DNA from: an uncultured cyanobacterium
GTDB taxonomy: Bacteria; Cyanobacteriota; Cyanobacteriia; CAKZMO01
DNA: 64,000 nucleotides
Direction: 5' to 3'
NCBI GenBank assembly: GCA_963719515.1
Contig: CAVRCJ010000008.1
Span: 64,001 to 128,000 of the forward strand
This document shows, piece after piece, positions 28,708 through 39,000 of this stretch. The notes below the pieces were generated by a model. It was not told where the DNA came from, did no database searches, and worked only from the letters and a program-made list of their open reading frames with translations. Each line of letters begins with the position of its first letter. Position 1 is the first letter of the stretch. Both the position numbers and the translations under genes were made by a program.

Positions 28708-29487
28708 ATGACTAAACGACTGGAGCAACCGAGATATCTGGACGCTAGGCTGGAAATGCGGGTATTAGGACTGCCGGTGCATGTGCTTGACGACTATGCT
28801 GGCTGGCTCCTGCAGCAGATTCAGCGGGACAGCTCGGTCCATGTCGTTACCCTGAACGCTGAAATGGCGATGCAGGCCGAGGGCGATCGCGACTCTCCTG
28901 CAGGTCAACGCAATCTAGCCGACATTATCTGCGGCGCTGAGCTAGTTGTTCCTGATGGCTCTGGGGTGGTGCTCTACCTCCGACTGCGCAACCAGCGCAT
29001 TCAGCGCTGCCCTGGTATCGAGCTGTCAGAGTCCCTTATCCGGCGGCTGGGGGCGTCTCCCGACCACAGCATCTTTTTCTACGGTGGCGAACCCGGCGTG
29101 GCTCAGGGGGCAGCTCAGCGCTGGCAAGCTCGCTGCCCCCAGCTCAATGTTGCTGGCGCTGAGCACGGCTACATCTCCCCCGAGGAGCAAGAGGCTCTGT
29201 GCGATCGCCTTCGCCGCGAGCAACCCGCCGTAATTTTCGTAGGCCTGGGCGTTCCTCGTCAGGAGTTTTGGATTGACCGCCACCGGCATCTATGCCCCCG
29301 CTCCATCTGGGTTGGCGTGGGGGGGAGTCTAGATATCTGGGCCGGAACTAAGGTGCGGGCACCAGCTTGGCTACGCAACAACCATTTGGAATGGAGTTAC
29401 CGACTGTATAAAGAGCCCTGGCGCTGGCGACGGATGCTGGTGCTGCCTCAGTTTGCCTGGCGGGCGCTAACTGCGCCAAGACGTTAA
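28708..29487 (+). CDS. WecB/TagA/CpsF family glycosyltransferase
   Basis: VVTLNAE, VPDGSGV, VGLGVPRQE, GVGGSLD, LEWSYRLYKEPWRWRR. Start uncertain (28672-28756). Confidence 0.92.
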   Translation: MTKRLEQPRYLDARLEMRVLGLPVHVLDDYAGWLLQQIQRDSSVHVVTLNAEMAMQAEGDRDSPAGQRNLADIICGAELVVPDGSGVVLYLRLRNQRIQRCPGIELSESLIRRLGASPDHSIFFYGGEPGVAQGAAQRWQARCPQLNVAGAEHGYISPEEQEALCDRLRREQPAVIFVGLGVPRQEFWIDRHRHLCPRSIWVGVGGSLDIWAGTKVRAPAWLRNNHLEWSYRLYKEPWRWRRMLVLPQFAWRALTAPRR

Positions 29488-29642
29488 GATTACCGGCCAA
29501 GTTTGGCGGCTGAGGCAGGTTGGGTACGCAATTTGCAATTAAATTGTGTAAGTGCTTGGTTATTTAACGTGCATAGTTTAAGATTCCAGAGTCAGTATCA
29601 CAATCCGCTGCTGCCCAAATCGATCCATAGGTTGATTCGCCC

Positions 29643-30554
29643 ATGCCGCTCAAGACTGCCGCTGATATCCCCTCATCTGAATCCTCTGATACGGTATCTC
29701 GCTCCCGTCGGGCGGCATTTCGCCCAGCGCCTCCCATTCCTCCGCTAGCTGCGCGGCCCGAGCAATCAGCGACGCAGCCTTCCTCGGATCAAGCCTCAGA
29801 GTCGGCGCGAGGCTCAGAAGAGCGGCCCGCATCTCGGCAGGCGGCTCAACCGGTCATTCGCCTAGAGCAAGTCACCAAAACCTACGCCAACGGCAGCCTG
29901 GCGCTCAATAACGTCAACTGGCAAATCCGCAAAGGAGACTTTTGGTTCGTTACCGGACCCTCCGGGGCCGGAAAGTCTACCCTGCTGAAGCTGCTCTACG
30001 GCGCTGAGCAATGCTGCAGCGGCAACATCACCGTCAATGACCAATCTGTGTGCGGTCTTCGGGGCAACCGGCTATCGAAGCTGCGCCGGCAGATCGGCGT
30101 TGTCTTTCAAGATTACAAGCTAATTTCCCGGCGCACGGTGTCTGAAAACGTGGCGTTTGTACTGTGGGCGCAGGGCTTTACCCGCAAAGAGATCCGGCGG
30201 CGGCTGGTGCCTACTCTAAAAATGGTGGGCCTGCAGGATAAAGCAGACTGCTTTCCTCACGAGCTGTCGGGGGGCGAACAGCAGCGGGTGAGCATTGCCC
30301 GCGCCATCGTCAACACGCCATCCGTACTGCTGGCGGATGAGCCGACGGGTAATTTAGACGCCTACAACTCCTGGCAGGTGGTCAAAATTCTCAAGAAGCT
30401 GAATGCGGTAGGCATCACGGTGATTATTACGACCCACGATGAGCATTTGGTGCGCCTATCGGATTTCCCCGTGATGCAGCTGCGGGACGGGCGACTACAT
30501 CAGATGCGCGATTGGGAGATTGGCCGCAGTCAGTCAGCGCCGTTGTCAATATAA
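29643..30554 (+). CDS. ftsE: cell division ATP-binding protein FtsE
   Basis: [57 protein letters not shown]-terminal low-complexity extension. Confidence 0.85.
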   Translation: MPLKTAADIPSSESSDTVSRSRRAAFRPAPPIPPLAARPEQSATQPSSDQASESARGSEERPASRQAAQPVIRLEQVTKTYANGSLALNNVNWQIRKGDFWFVTGPSGAGKSTLLKLLYGAEQCCSGNITVNDQSVCGLRGNRLSKLRRQIGVVFQDYKLISRRTVSENVAFVLWAQGFTRKEIRRRLVPTLKMVGLQDKADCFPHELSGGEQQRVSIARAIVNTPSVLLADEPTGNLDAYNSWQVVKILKKLNAVGITVIITTHDEHLVRLSDFPVMQLRDGRLHQMRDWEIGRSQSAPLSI

Positions 30555-30615
30555 ATGCGATACGGACTGCGGCTAGGGTCAAAGGGCTGCTGGCCCCTCC
30601 GATGAGCAAATGACC

Positions 30616-31017
30616 CTACCGGAGGCGATCGCGCAGTCGATTCAGGTGGTCGGTGGAGCTAATGGGCGATCGCGGCTGGGGAAGGTCAAAGTTTGGCCAG
30701 GTGGGCAGGTCGTTGCAGGGACAGGTTGGGGCTCCGATACCTACGGTTGCCGCTGGGACAGGCATCTCGCAGCGGGCGCAGGACTTAATATCCCAGGTCT
30801 CGCTGAGTAGATCGGCAACAGTTTGATCCGTGCCGTCTAGGTAACAGGTGTCTTTTGAAGCCAGTGCCGTTTGCCAAAGCGCCTCAAAGGCGTCACTGTA
30901 GCGATCGCCAGAGAACACCGGCTCCGGGCGATCGCAGTCGCCTTGAGGAGAGGTGATTCCCTTACCAGCCTGGAACCAGTAGGCCAAATATTTGCGGACG
31001 TCTTGTTCAGTCGCCAT
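30616..31017 (-). CDS. conserved cyanobacterial hypothetical protein, Cys-rich
   Basis: VRKYLAYWFQAGK, CYLDGTDQT, CARCEMP, CPCNDLPTWPN...PQPRSP. Confidence 0.75.
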   Translation of the reverse strand: MATEQDVRKYLAYWFQAGKGITSPQGDCDRPEPVFSGDRYSDAFEALWQTALASKDTCYLDGTDQTVADLLSETWDIKSCARCEMPVPAATVGIGAPTCPCNDLPTWPNFDLPQPRSPISSTDHLNRLRDRLR

Positions 31018-31181
31018 AGTCAGTCATCGTAGTATGGTTCTAGGAAACGTGGTGCGAACTTCTGATGCGTGCCTTCTACAATCCTAAGCATAAGTCTTAG
31101 ATTTATTGTCAGGTCCACAGGAACTCTGCAGATTTAAGCTAACTTACTGCTACCCTGACAGGTGTAGCGTGGAGTAAGCCT

Positions 31182-31640
31182 ATGCCCCTGCTGTTGATTG
31201 CGGCGCTTGTCGTGGCGTTTCTCGCCGTTGTGTTTGCCTTGCAAAACTCGATTCCTGTGGAGGTCAGCCTGGGAATTTGGCAGTTTGAGGCGTCGCTGGC
31301 TATCATTTTGCTGGTTACGCTGGCGCTGGGCTTTTTCGTAGGGCTGTGCGTTGCCGTGCCCTCTTTGATTCGGCGCAATCTGCGTATCTCTCGCCAAAAG
31401 AAGCAGATTGCTCAGCTGCAAAGCGAGCTGGTGGACGCTAAGACTTCTGCCCCCAGCGAGTTTCCTGCCTCACCGATGCTGATGCCGTCCACATCGCCGC
31501 GCGCCGAAGAGCGCAGTACGACTACCCTACGAGATGCTCGGGCAACGGATATGAGAGATTCAGAGCGGGGATCAACTTGGGAGGATGCTTCCACGGATGC
31601 TCCGATTGATGATCCAGCGGGTTCCCAGGGCTACTCTTAG
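31182..31640 (+). CDS. LapA/DUF1049 family membrane protein
   Basis: TM-FALQN-short loop-TM followed by a basic coiled coil. Confidence 0.8.
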   Translation: MPLLLIAALVVAFLAVVFALQNSIPVEVSLGIWQFEASLAIILLVTLALGFFVGLCVAVPSLIRRNLRISRQKKQIAQLQSELVDAKTSAPSEFPASPMLMPSTSPRAEERSTTTLRDARATDMRDSERGSTWEDASTDAPIDDPAGSQGYS

Positions 31641-31852
31641 CCGTTTTAGTCGGGCAGTCTATGCTGTATGCAAAAAATTGAACCGCTGCAGCGTCAGGAT
31701 TTGGAGGTGATGTGCAATAGTTGTTGAAGGCATACCAATGTTGAAGGCGTACGAATTACGTAGACTTTTTAGAGCTTGACTGGGCTCTCAAGTCATTCAG
31801 CCTTTAGGGTCCACTTCACACGGCCAGCTAGCTGAGAATAGGAGTTTCCGAT

Positions 31853-32068
31853 ATGGCTTTAGATCAACTCAAGGCGTTTCTGAAGAAGATGCAGTCTGAG
31901 CCTGCGCTTAAGAGTGAGGTGCTTGCAGCATCAACTGCGGATGATATTGCGCGAATAGCGCTAAAGCTTGGTTATGAATTTTCAGGCGATGAATTATTGA
32001 GAATATCAGGCCAAAAAGTTGACGGGGTTACTGTTGTGAAAAAGCCTACTCCTGGAGAGTACAATTAA
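31853..32068 (+). CDS. Nif11-like leader peptide family protein
   Basis: QLKAFLKKMQSEPALK...DDIARIA..LGYEFSGDEL; AGGAG RBS; AT-richer than the flanks. Confidence 0.8.
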   Translation: MALDQLKAFLKKMQSEPALKSEVLAASTADDIARIALKLGYEFSGDELLRISGQKVDGVTVVKKPTPGEYN

Positions 32069-32488
32069 GCATCTCTTGAGCGTCAGATTCTAGTTCGTAC
32101 TAACGTTAAGGCATAGGGGTAAAGCACAAATTTCCTAGAACATGCTGCACATCACCACGATTACTGTGGATGTACGTCCTTCCAGCCTAAATGCCGACCA
32201 TCCAGCTTTCACCGCTGGCTAGAGTTGAGCTTCGGCCTACTACGATTCCGTTGACCCGACCCTTAATAGAATTAGATCGAACCTTGGAAGTTCGAAGCAG
32301 CTCAACAACGAGTCACAAGTGTCTTGAAGTTCTTCGAAGGGCTGCTCAACAAGCAGTTGGCTGAAAGCATATCCAGACGGCCAATTATTTGCATTTTTCC
32401 AAATTGAGAATTGCTGGCTTGCGTAAGCTTTGATGCCGTGAGGCGGGCAGAAAACGCTAAAATAGGCTCTGAAGCGACGGTACTACTC

Positions 32489-32824
32489 GTGGGTAAAAAG
32501 AAGGCTAAAGGTAAGCAGCAGTTTGGCCATCAACCGCCTCAGCACGACTTTTTTCTTAATCCTTACAGCGATGTTCGGTTCACCCGCTGCCCGAAATGCG
32601 ACGGCACCACCAAACTGAGTAAGAAGCCGCCGCTCATAGAGATGACGTGTCTGCAGCACTACCCACAGCTAATCGGTCACGATTATCTTATCGTGGGCAC
32701 AATGGAGCGCAAGTCTTGGCGCGAGGGGCACCACAAAGCGTCGGACCTTTTCGAAACGCTTCACGACTTCAAGCAACATCTAGAGTTCAAGCCCGCTCGC
32801 TACAGTTGGGCTAAGGAAGGCTGA
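32489..32824 (+). CDS. hypothetical protein with one CxxC, possibly internally deleted
   Basis: FFLNPYSDVRFTRCPKC...IGHDYLIVGTMERKSWREG; GTG 32489 likely start; ends 4 nt before the Uma2 gene. Confidence 0.5.
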   Translation: MGKKKAKGKQQFGHQPPQHDFFLNPYSDVRFTRCPKCDGTTKLSKKPPLIEMTCLQHYPQLIGHDYLIVGTMERKSWREGHHKASDLFETLHDFKQHLEFKPARYSWAKEG

Positions 32825-32828
32825 CGCC

Positions 32829-33440
32829 ATGGTTCAAGCGCAGACAACAGGTCCAATGAGCTTCGAGACATTTTTGGGGTGGTATCCCAACGATGGCCGT
32901 CGATACCAGCTAATCGAGGGAGCAGTCGTTGAAATGTTGCCAACAGGTCCCCACGAAGATGTCAGCGGTTTCTTGGCGGCAGAACTCAGCATTGCAATTC
33001 GGCAACAGGGGCTGCCCTACTCAATTCCGCGAACCTGTTTGGTCAGACCTCGTGCCGCAGGCTCTGGCTATATCCCGGATGTAGTCGTTTTAGATCGCGA
33101 AGCCTTGGGTCGTGAACCTCTTTGGCCGACAGCATCAGTAATTCAGTATGGGGGGACGGCTCCCCTAGTCATCGAGGTCGTCAGCATAAACTGGCGGGAC
33201 GATTATGGTCACAAGCTGGTCGAGTACGAAGCTATGGGAATCGCGGAATACTGGCTGGTCGATTTCCACGCCCTTGGAGCCGTACGCCACATCGGCAAGC
33301 CGAAGCAGCCCACGATTACGGTCTGCCAGCTTGAAGAAGAGTATCAGATGCGCCGCTTTGTGGCGGGCGATCGCCTGATATCGCCCGCCTTCCCTCAGCT
33401 GGATTTAGCCGTAGACGCCGTGTTTGCAGCGGCAGGCTGA
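32829..33440 (+). CDS. Uma2 (DUF820) family PD-(D/E)xK endonuclease
   Basis: RYQLIEG, PTGPHE, YIPDVVVL, LVIEVVS, DYGHKLVEYEAMGIAEYWLVD, SPAFPQL. Confidence 0.92.
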   Translation: MVQAQTTGPMSFETFLGWYPNDGRRYQLIEGAVVEMLPTGPHEDVSGFLAAELSIAIRQQGLPYSIPRTCLVRPRAAGSGYIPDVVVLDREALGREPLWPTASVIQYGGTAPLVIEVVSINWRDDYGHKLVEYEAMGIAEYWLVDFHALGAVRHIGKPKQPTITVCQLEEEYQMRRFVAGDRLISPAFPQLDLAVDAVFAAAG

Positions 33441-35728
33441 TAGACCAGCACCGGCACCCGCTTATAGGCTGGCGTCTGCGATCGCGGGTCGATGTGGCCC
33501 TTCATCAGCACGTTGGCTTCGGGGTAGAACATCAGCGCCGCCCCCTGACGCACCGCGCCGCAGATGATTTCGATGTTCTCTAGCTCGCCCGCGTCCCCCT
33601 GCACCGTCACCCGCTGGTGGTCTTCCAGCCCCGCTTCGGCCACGTCGTCGGGGTGCATGAGGATGCAGTGGCGGTGGGGCATGCCGCGATACTTATCTGC
33701 GGTGCGGTAGACCACGGTGTTGTGCTGGCCGTAGCCCCGGCCCGTGACCAGCGCCACCACAGCGCCTCGCGTCTCCGCTGCTGCGCCAAAATCCTGCTTG
33801 GCGGGCAGGGTGAGGGTGGGCAGCTCGGGGGTCTGCATCTGCGCTTTGCCGGAGGGGGTGGGGAAGTGGGGCTCGGTGATGATCCTGCCGCCAATGGTGA
33901 ACTCCTCTAGGGTCTCGTCGATGGTGGCGATCGCCTCGTAGCCGGGCACCGTTTGGGCGATCAGCTGGCGCACGTAGTGGGTATCTTTGAGCCGCCGCCA
34001 GTCCACGGGAGAATCGCCGTGGAGACGGTGGGCGATTTCGGTGATAAAGTCCACCTCGGCCACTAAATCCGCGTCTTTGAGGTGGGTTTCCCCCGCGTCG
34101 TTGAGGCGCACAAAGTTGTTGCCCGACTCGACGGTGGTCTGGTGGGGGTTCTCGAAGCGGTTGAACACCGGCAGCACTAGAGTATTTTGGCGGGCCAGCC
34201 CGTGGAAGTGGCCTAGGTTGGGCTTGGTGGCCAGGTAGGCGATGGTGTCGATATTGCCCAGGGCGCGCTTGGCCTGGGTGAGGTCCGGGTTGGCGGCGTA
34301 GAAGTTGCCCCCCAGGCACAGCAGGGTATCTACCTTACCGGCGTCGGCAGCCTCCACCAGCGATCGCGAGTCGTAGCCCGGATCTCGGTTGAGCGATCGC
34401 TCCAGGATTTTCTCCAGGGCTCCCCGCAGCTCTTCTTTGAGCTTGTTGAATACCCCCATGGAGCCAAAGCCCTGCACGTTGGAATGGCCACGAATCGGCA
34501 TTAGGCCGGTGCCCTCGCGGCCTGCGTTGCCGCTCAGCAGGGCCGTGTTGGCGATGCCAAAGATATTGTCGACGCCATTGGTTTGGTGAGTGATGCCCAT
34601 GGCCCAGGCAAACACCACGCGAGACGACTGGGCGATGATTGTGGCTGCGGCCTCGAGGTCCGCCTGCGAGACGCCGCAGGTGCTGGTGATCTCCTCCCAG
34701 CGGGTTGTCTGCACCTGCTCCACCACCGCTTCCCAGTTCTCCGTGTGGGCCTGCAGGAAGGGCTTATCGATGCGATCGCGCTCCACCAGAGCCTTTTGAA
34801 TGCCCATCAGCAGCGCCAGATCGCTGCCGGGCACAGGCTGCAAAAACAGATTAGCGATGTCTGACCCCGGCACTAGGGATTTGAGGGGAAAGGCCGGGGA
34901 GCCGAACTTCACAAGGCCAATCTCTTTGACGGGGTTGACGACAATGACTTTTCCGCCCCGGTCCCGTAGCTTGATCAGCTCGTTTAGCAGGCGGGGATGG
35001 TTGGCGGGGGCGTTGGACCCCAGCAGCACCACGCAGTCCGACTGCCGCAGACTAGCCAGGCTGACCATAGAGGTGCCGCTGCCGAAGACCTCTTTGAGGG
35101 CTATTGAGGAGGGGCGATGGCAAAGGTCAGAGCAGTCCGCTAGGTTGTTGGTGCCCAAGGCCCGCATCATCAGCTGCAGCAAAAACGCCGCCTCGTTAGA
35201 AGAGCGCCCCGAGCTGTAGGAGGCGACCCGCTCTGCGGGCTTGCGAAAGGACTCTGCCACGAGGTCATACACTTCAGGCCAGGAAAGCCGCTCGTAATGA
35301 GACTGGCCCGCCCGCAAAATCATCGGCACGGTCAAGCGCCCCAGCCGGTCTGCCTCGCGGGAGGTCAGCTGCTGCAGTTCGTCAATGCTCCGCTGCTCGA
35401 AGAACTGCGGCTCCACTCCCGCCATCAGCTCGGCTTTGATGGCCTCCATACTTTTGGCGCACCGCTGCAGCCCTTCGTCCAGCTCGTTTTTAAACCCACC
35501 CTTTTGTCCACCGGTGCCCCAGGCGCAGGAGAGGCAGGCGCTTTTCTTGAAGATCACCTCCCAGGCTCTGGGTCCCTGAGTATCCAGCGTGTATTTGGCC
35601 CATTGTTTGATCACGGGCAGGCCGCCGCCAATGTCGCGACCGGGGTGCTCGTCGCTGGCGTGGTCTGCGTCGGTTCCGGTTGCGTCAGCTGGGGTTGCGT
35701 TCGGAGTGTTTACAGGGTCGAGGTCCAT
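33395..35728 (-). CDS. FdhF/YdeP family molybdopterin oxidoreductase
   Basis: GGGLP, CLSCAW, LGRLTVPM, YSSGRSSNEAAF, GTNNLADCSDLCH, WAMGITH, PIRGHSNVQG, QHNTVVY, DPRSQTPAYK. Confidence 0.92.
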   Translation of the reverse strand: MDLDPVNTPNATPADATGTDADHASDEHPGRDIGGGLPVIKQWAKYTLDTQGPRAWEVIFKKSACLSCAWGTGGQKGGFKNELDEGLQRCAKSMEAIKAELMAGVEPQFFEQRSIDELQQLTSREADRLGRLTVPMILRAGQSHYERLSWPEVYDLVAESFRKPAERVASYSSGRSSNEAAFLLQLMMRALGTNNLADCSDLCHRPSSIALKEVFGSGTSMVSLASLRQSDCVVLLGSNAPANHPRLLNELIKLRDRGGKVIVVNPVKEIGLVKFGSPAFPLKSLVPGSDIANLFLQPVPGSDLALLMGIQKALVERDRIDKPFLQAHTENWEAVVEQVQTTRWEEITSTCGVSQADLEAAATIIAQSSRVVFAWAMGITHQTNGVDNIFGIANTALLSGNAGREGTGLMPIRGHSNVQGFGSMGVFNKLKEELRGALEKILERSLNRDPGYDSRSLVEAADAGKVDTLLCLGGNFYAANPDLTQAKRALGNIDTIAYLATKPNLGHFHGLARQNTLVLPVFNRFENPHQTTVESGNNFVRLNDAGETHLKDADLVAEVDFITEIAHRLHGDSPVDWRRLKDTHYVRQLIAQTVPGYEAIATIDETLEEFTIGGRIITEPHFPTPSGKAQMQTPELPTLTLPAKQDFGAAAETRGAVVALVTGRGYGQHNTVVYRTADKYRGMPHRHCILMHPDDVAEAGLEDHQRVTVQGDAGELENIEIICGAVRQGAALMFYPEANVLMKGHIDPRSQTPAYKRVPVLVYQPAAANTASTAKSS

Positions 35729-36080
35729 GAGGGTTGCGGTGTCCTAACGGCAGAGCGGTCGAGCGCTATAGGGCTAGAGGTTCACTTTCCGGGCGCGGGG
35801 ACGCGAATCTGCCCAGCTTTATCCAGAGTTACCTTAGCCTAGCTCTCTTTATTGCAGCATTATCCCTATCAAAACGACTCCTGCGCATCGTTCGCGGTGA
35901 TGAGGCCCTACGCAATATTCGGCAATACAGCGTTCAGCGATACAGCGTTCAGCGATACAGTCGGGCAAATTCGCGATCGCGGTGGAGGTACCGATTCCGT
36001 GTGGGCGATCCATAAGTTCTCGTGAAGCCAAGGGGCGTCTCTGTTACAACAAAGAGGTTGAGGTTTGCTGAGCGTGCCCT

Positions 36081-39000
36081 ATGGCGATGACCCGTGATGA
36101 GCTGCTGGCGCTGATTGACCGTGCGGAGCGGGAGGACTGGGAGGAGCTGGATTTAGCGGGGAATGGCTTGGAGGAGCTGCCGCCGGAGATTGGACGGTTG
36201 ACGGGGTTGAAGCGGCTGATTTTGGGTAGGTGGGATGAAGAGAGATTTGAGACTCTCGGCAACCAGCTGAGCAGCCTGCCGCCTGAAATTGGCCAGCTCA
36301 CCACCCTGCAATCGCTTGACCTCCGCGGTAACCAGCTGAGCAGCCTGCCGCCTCAAATTGCCCAGCTCACCACCCTACAATCGCTTAACCTCTTCAATAA
36401 CCAGCTGAGCAGCCTGCCGCCTGAAATTGGCCAGCTCACCACCCTGCAATCGCTTAACCTCAGCGGTAACCAGCTGAGCAGCCTGCCGCCTGAAATTGTC
36501 CAGCTCACCACCCTGCAATCGCTTGACCTCAGCGGTAACCAGCTGAGCAGCCTGCCGCCTCAAATTGTCCAGCTCACCACCCTGCAATCGCTTGACCTCC
36601 GCTTCAACCAGCTGAGCAGCCTGCCGCCTGAAATTGTCCAGCTCACCACCCTGCAATCGCTTGACCTCCGCTACAACCAGCTGAGCAGCCTGCCGCCTGA
36701 AATTGTCCAGCTCACCACCCTGCAATCGCTTTACCTCCGCTTCAACCAGCTGAGCAGCCTGCCGCCTGAAATTGTCCAGCTCACCACCCTGCAATCGCTT
36801 TACCTCGGCTACAACCAGCTGAGCAGCCTGCCGCCTGAAATTGTCCAGCTCACCACCCTGCAATCGCTTTACCTCAGCTCCAACCAGCTGAGCAGCCTGC
36901 CGCCTGAAATTGTCCAGCTCACCACCCTACAATCGCTCGACCTCAGCGGCAACCAGCTGAGCAGCCTGCCGCCTGAAATTGTCCAGCTCACCACCCTACA
37001 ATCGCTCGACCTCCGCGGTAACCAGCTGAGCAGCCTGCCGCCTGAAATTGTCCAGCTCACCACCCTGCAATCGCTTGACCTCAGCTACAACCAGCTGAGC
37101 AGCCTGCCGCCTGAAATTGGCCTGCTCACCAGCCTGGAAAAGCTTGACCTTCGGGGCAACCCGGTTCCCATTCCCCTCGAGATTCTTGGACCCAAAGAAT
37201 CCTACGAAGATCCAGGAAGCTCAAAAGAAATCCTAGATTTCTACTTCCAAGCTCAAGACCCCAACCAGCAAGAATACCTCTACGAAGCCAAACTGCTCAT
37301 CGTCGGCGAAGGCGGCGCAGGCAAAACCTCCCTCGCTAAAAAGGTCGAAAATGAAGCCTACGACCTTAACCCCGACGAAAAAACCACCGAAGGCATCGAC
37401 GTCATCCGCTGGGACTTTCCCCTCCCAGACGAGCGCACCTTCCGCGTCAACGTCTGGGACTTTGGCGGTCAAGAAATCTACCACCAAACCCACCAGTTCT
37501 TCCTCACCGAGCGATCCCTCTACGCCCTCGTGGTCGACGAGCGCCGCGAAAGCGCTAACTTTTACTACTGGCTAGAAGTGGTGAAGCTGCTTAGCGGCAA
37601 CAGCCCCGTCCTGCTCATCAAAAACGAAAAGCAAGACCGCCAGTGCCAGGTAAACGATCGCCAGCTGCAGCGCGACTTCCCCAGCATCCAGAAAATTCTG
37701 CCCGCCAACCTCAAGACCAATCGTGGTCTGGCCAACATCAAAGCCGCCGTCCAGCAGCACATTTCTAAGCTGGACCACGTCGGCAACCCCCTGCCCAAAT
37801 ACTGGGTGCGCATTCGCTCCGCGCTCGAAAACTACGCCCAGCATTGCAACCACATCTCTCTCGAAAAATACTTTGACCTGTGCCAGCAGTTCGGCTTCAC
37901 CGACAAAACCAATATGCTGCGGGCCAGCAAATATCTGCACGACCTGGGCATCTGCCTCCACTTTCAAAAAGACGACCTGCTGAAGAAGACCGTCATTCTC
38001 AAGCCCGACTGGGCCACCACAGCAGTATATAAGGTGTGCGATACCGACAAAGTAAAAGAGAACCAGGGCCGCTTCACCCGTGACGACCTAAAAGAGATCT
38101 GGCAGGACTCTCAGTACCGCGAGATGCAAGGCGAGCTGCTGCAGCTCATGAAGCAGTTCAAGCTCTGCTACGAAATTCCCGGCCTCAACAACACCTTCAT
38201 TGCCCCTCACCTGCTGCCGCTGGACCAACCAGAATACGACTGGGACGCCGCCGACAATCTGATCATCCGCTACGAATACGAGTTCATGCCCAAGGGAATG
38301 CTGACTCAGTTCATCGTCGAGATGCACAGGCTGATTGAGCGGCAGGTGCTGGTGTGGAAGACCGGCGTGGTTGTCACCGACGGGCAAGGCCCGAGTAGAG
38401 GTGACATGAAGTCCTACCGGCCCCACAAGGGCGAGATTAAGGTGACGGCCTCCGGCACCAATAAAAAGCTGCTGCTAGAGCGGGTACGCCACGAGCTGTG
38501 GAAAATCCACGAGTCCTACGACGACTTACCCTACAAAGAGCTGATCCCCTGCAACTGCTCTCAGTGCAAAAGCGATCGCAAACCCGAATCCTATCCTTAC
38601 GACCTGCTGCAAAAGTACCTCAACGATCGCAGATACAGCATCGAGTGCCGTCGCAGCTACGAAGATGTAGACGTGCGTAAGCTCATGGCCGACGTTGTGC
38701 AGAGCTACGCCGCTGCTGAGGACTCCTACAAAGTTCAGCGTTCTGAGTTTGACCGCTTTAATAGCGATCGCGCCCACAGCGGACAAACGACTCCTATCAA
38801 TCACGTTGAGACGTACTCCAACAAAGAAATCTTCATCTCCTACGCCTGGGGCGGCGACAGCGAAGCTATGGCCGACAAGATCGAAGCAGTCTGCCAACAG
38901 CGCAAAATTCCTCTCATTCGAGACAAACGTGACCTTGGTTTCAAAGGACTAATCAAAGACTTCATGCGCCGCATCGGTCGCGGTAAGGCCGTAATCGTCA

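Noticed and set aside
31680..32300. Integron attC-like sites around the Nif11 gene
   Set aside because: Only isolated CTAAC/GTT-like fragments; no paired R and L boxes and no integrase.
30936..33367. HIP1-free gap as proof of recent horizontal transfer
   Set aside because: Gaps of similar length occur in core regions such as pilQ-HU, so it is not diagnostic alone.
36261..37157. 69-nt repeats as a CRISPR array
   Set aside because: They are in-frame LRR coding units with only a few variable codons; no unique spacers and no cas genes.
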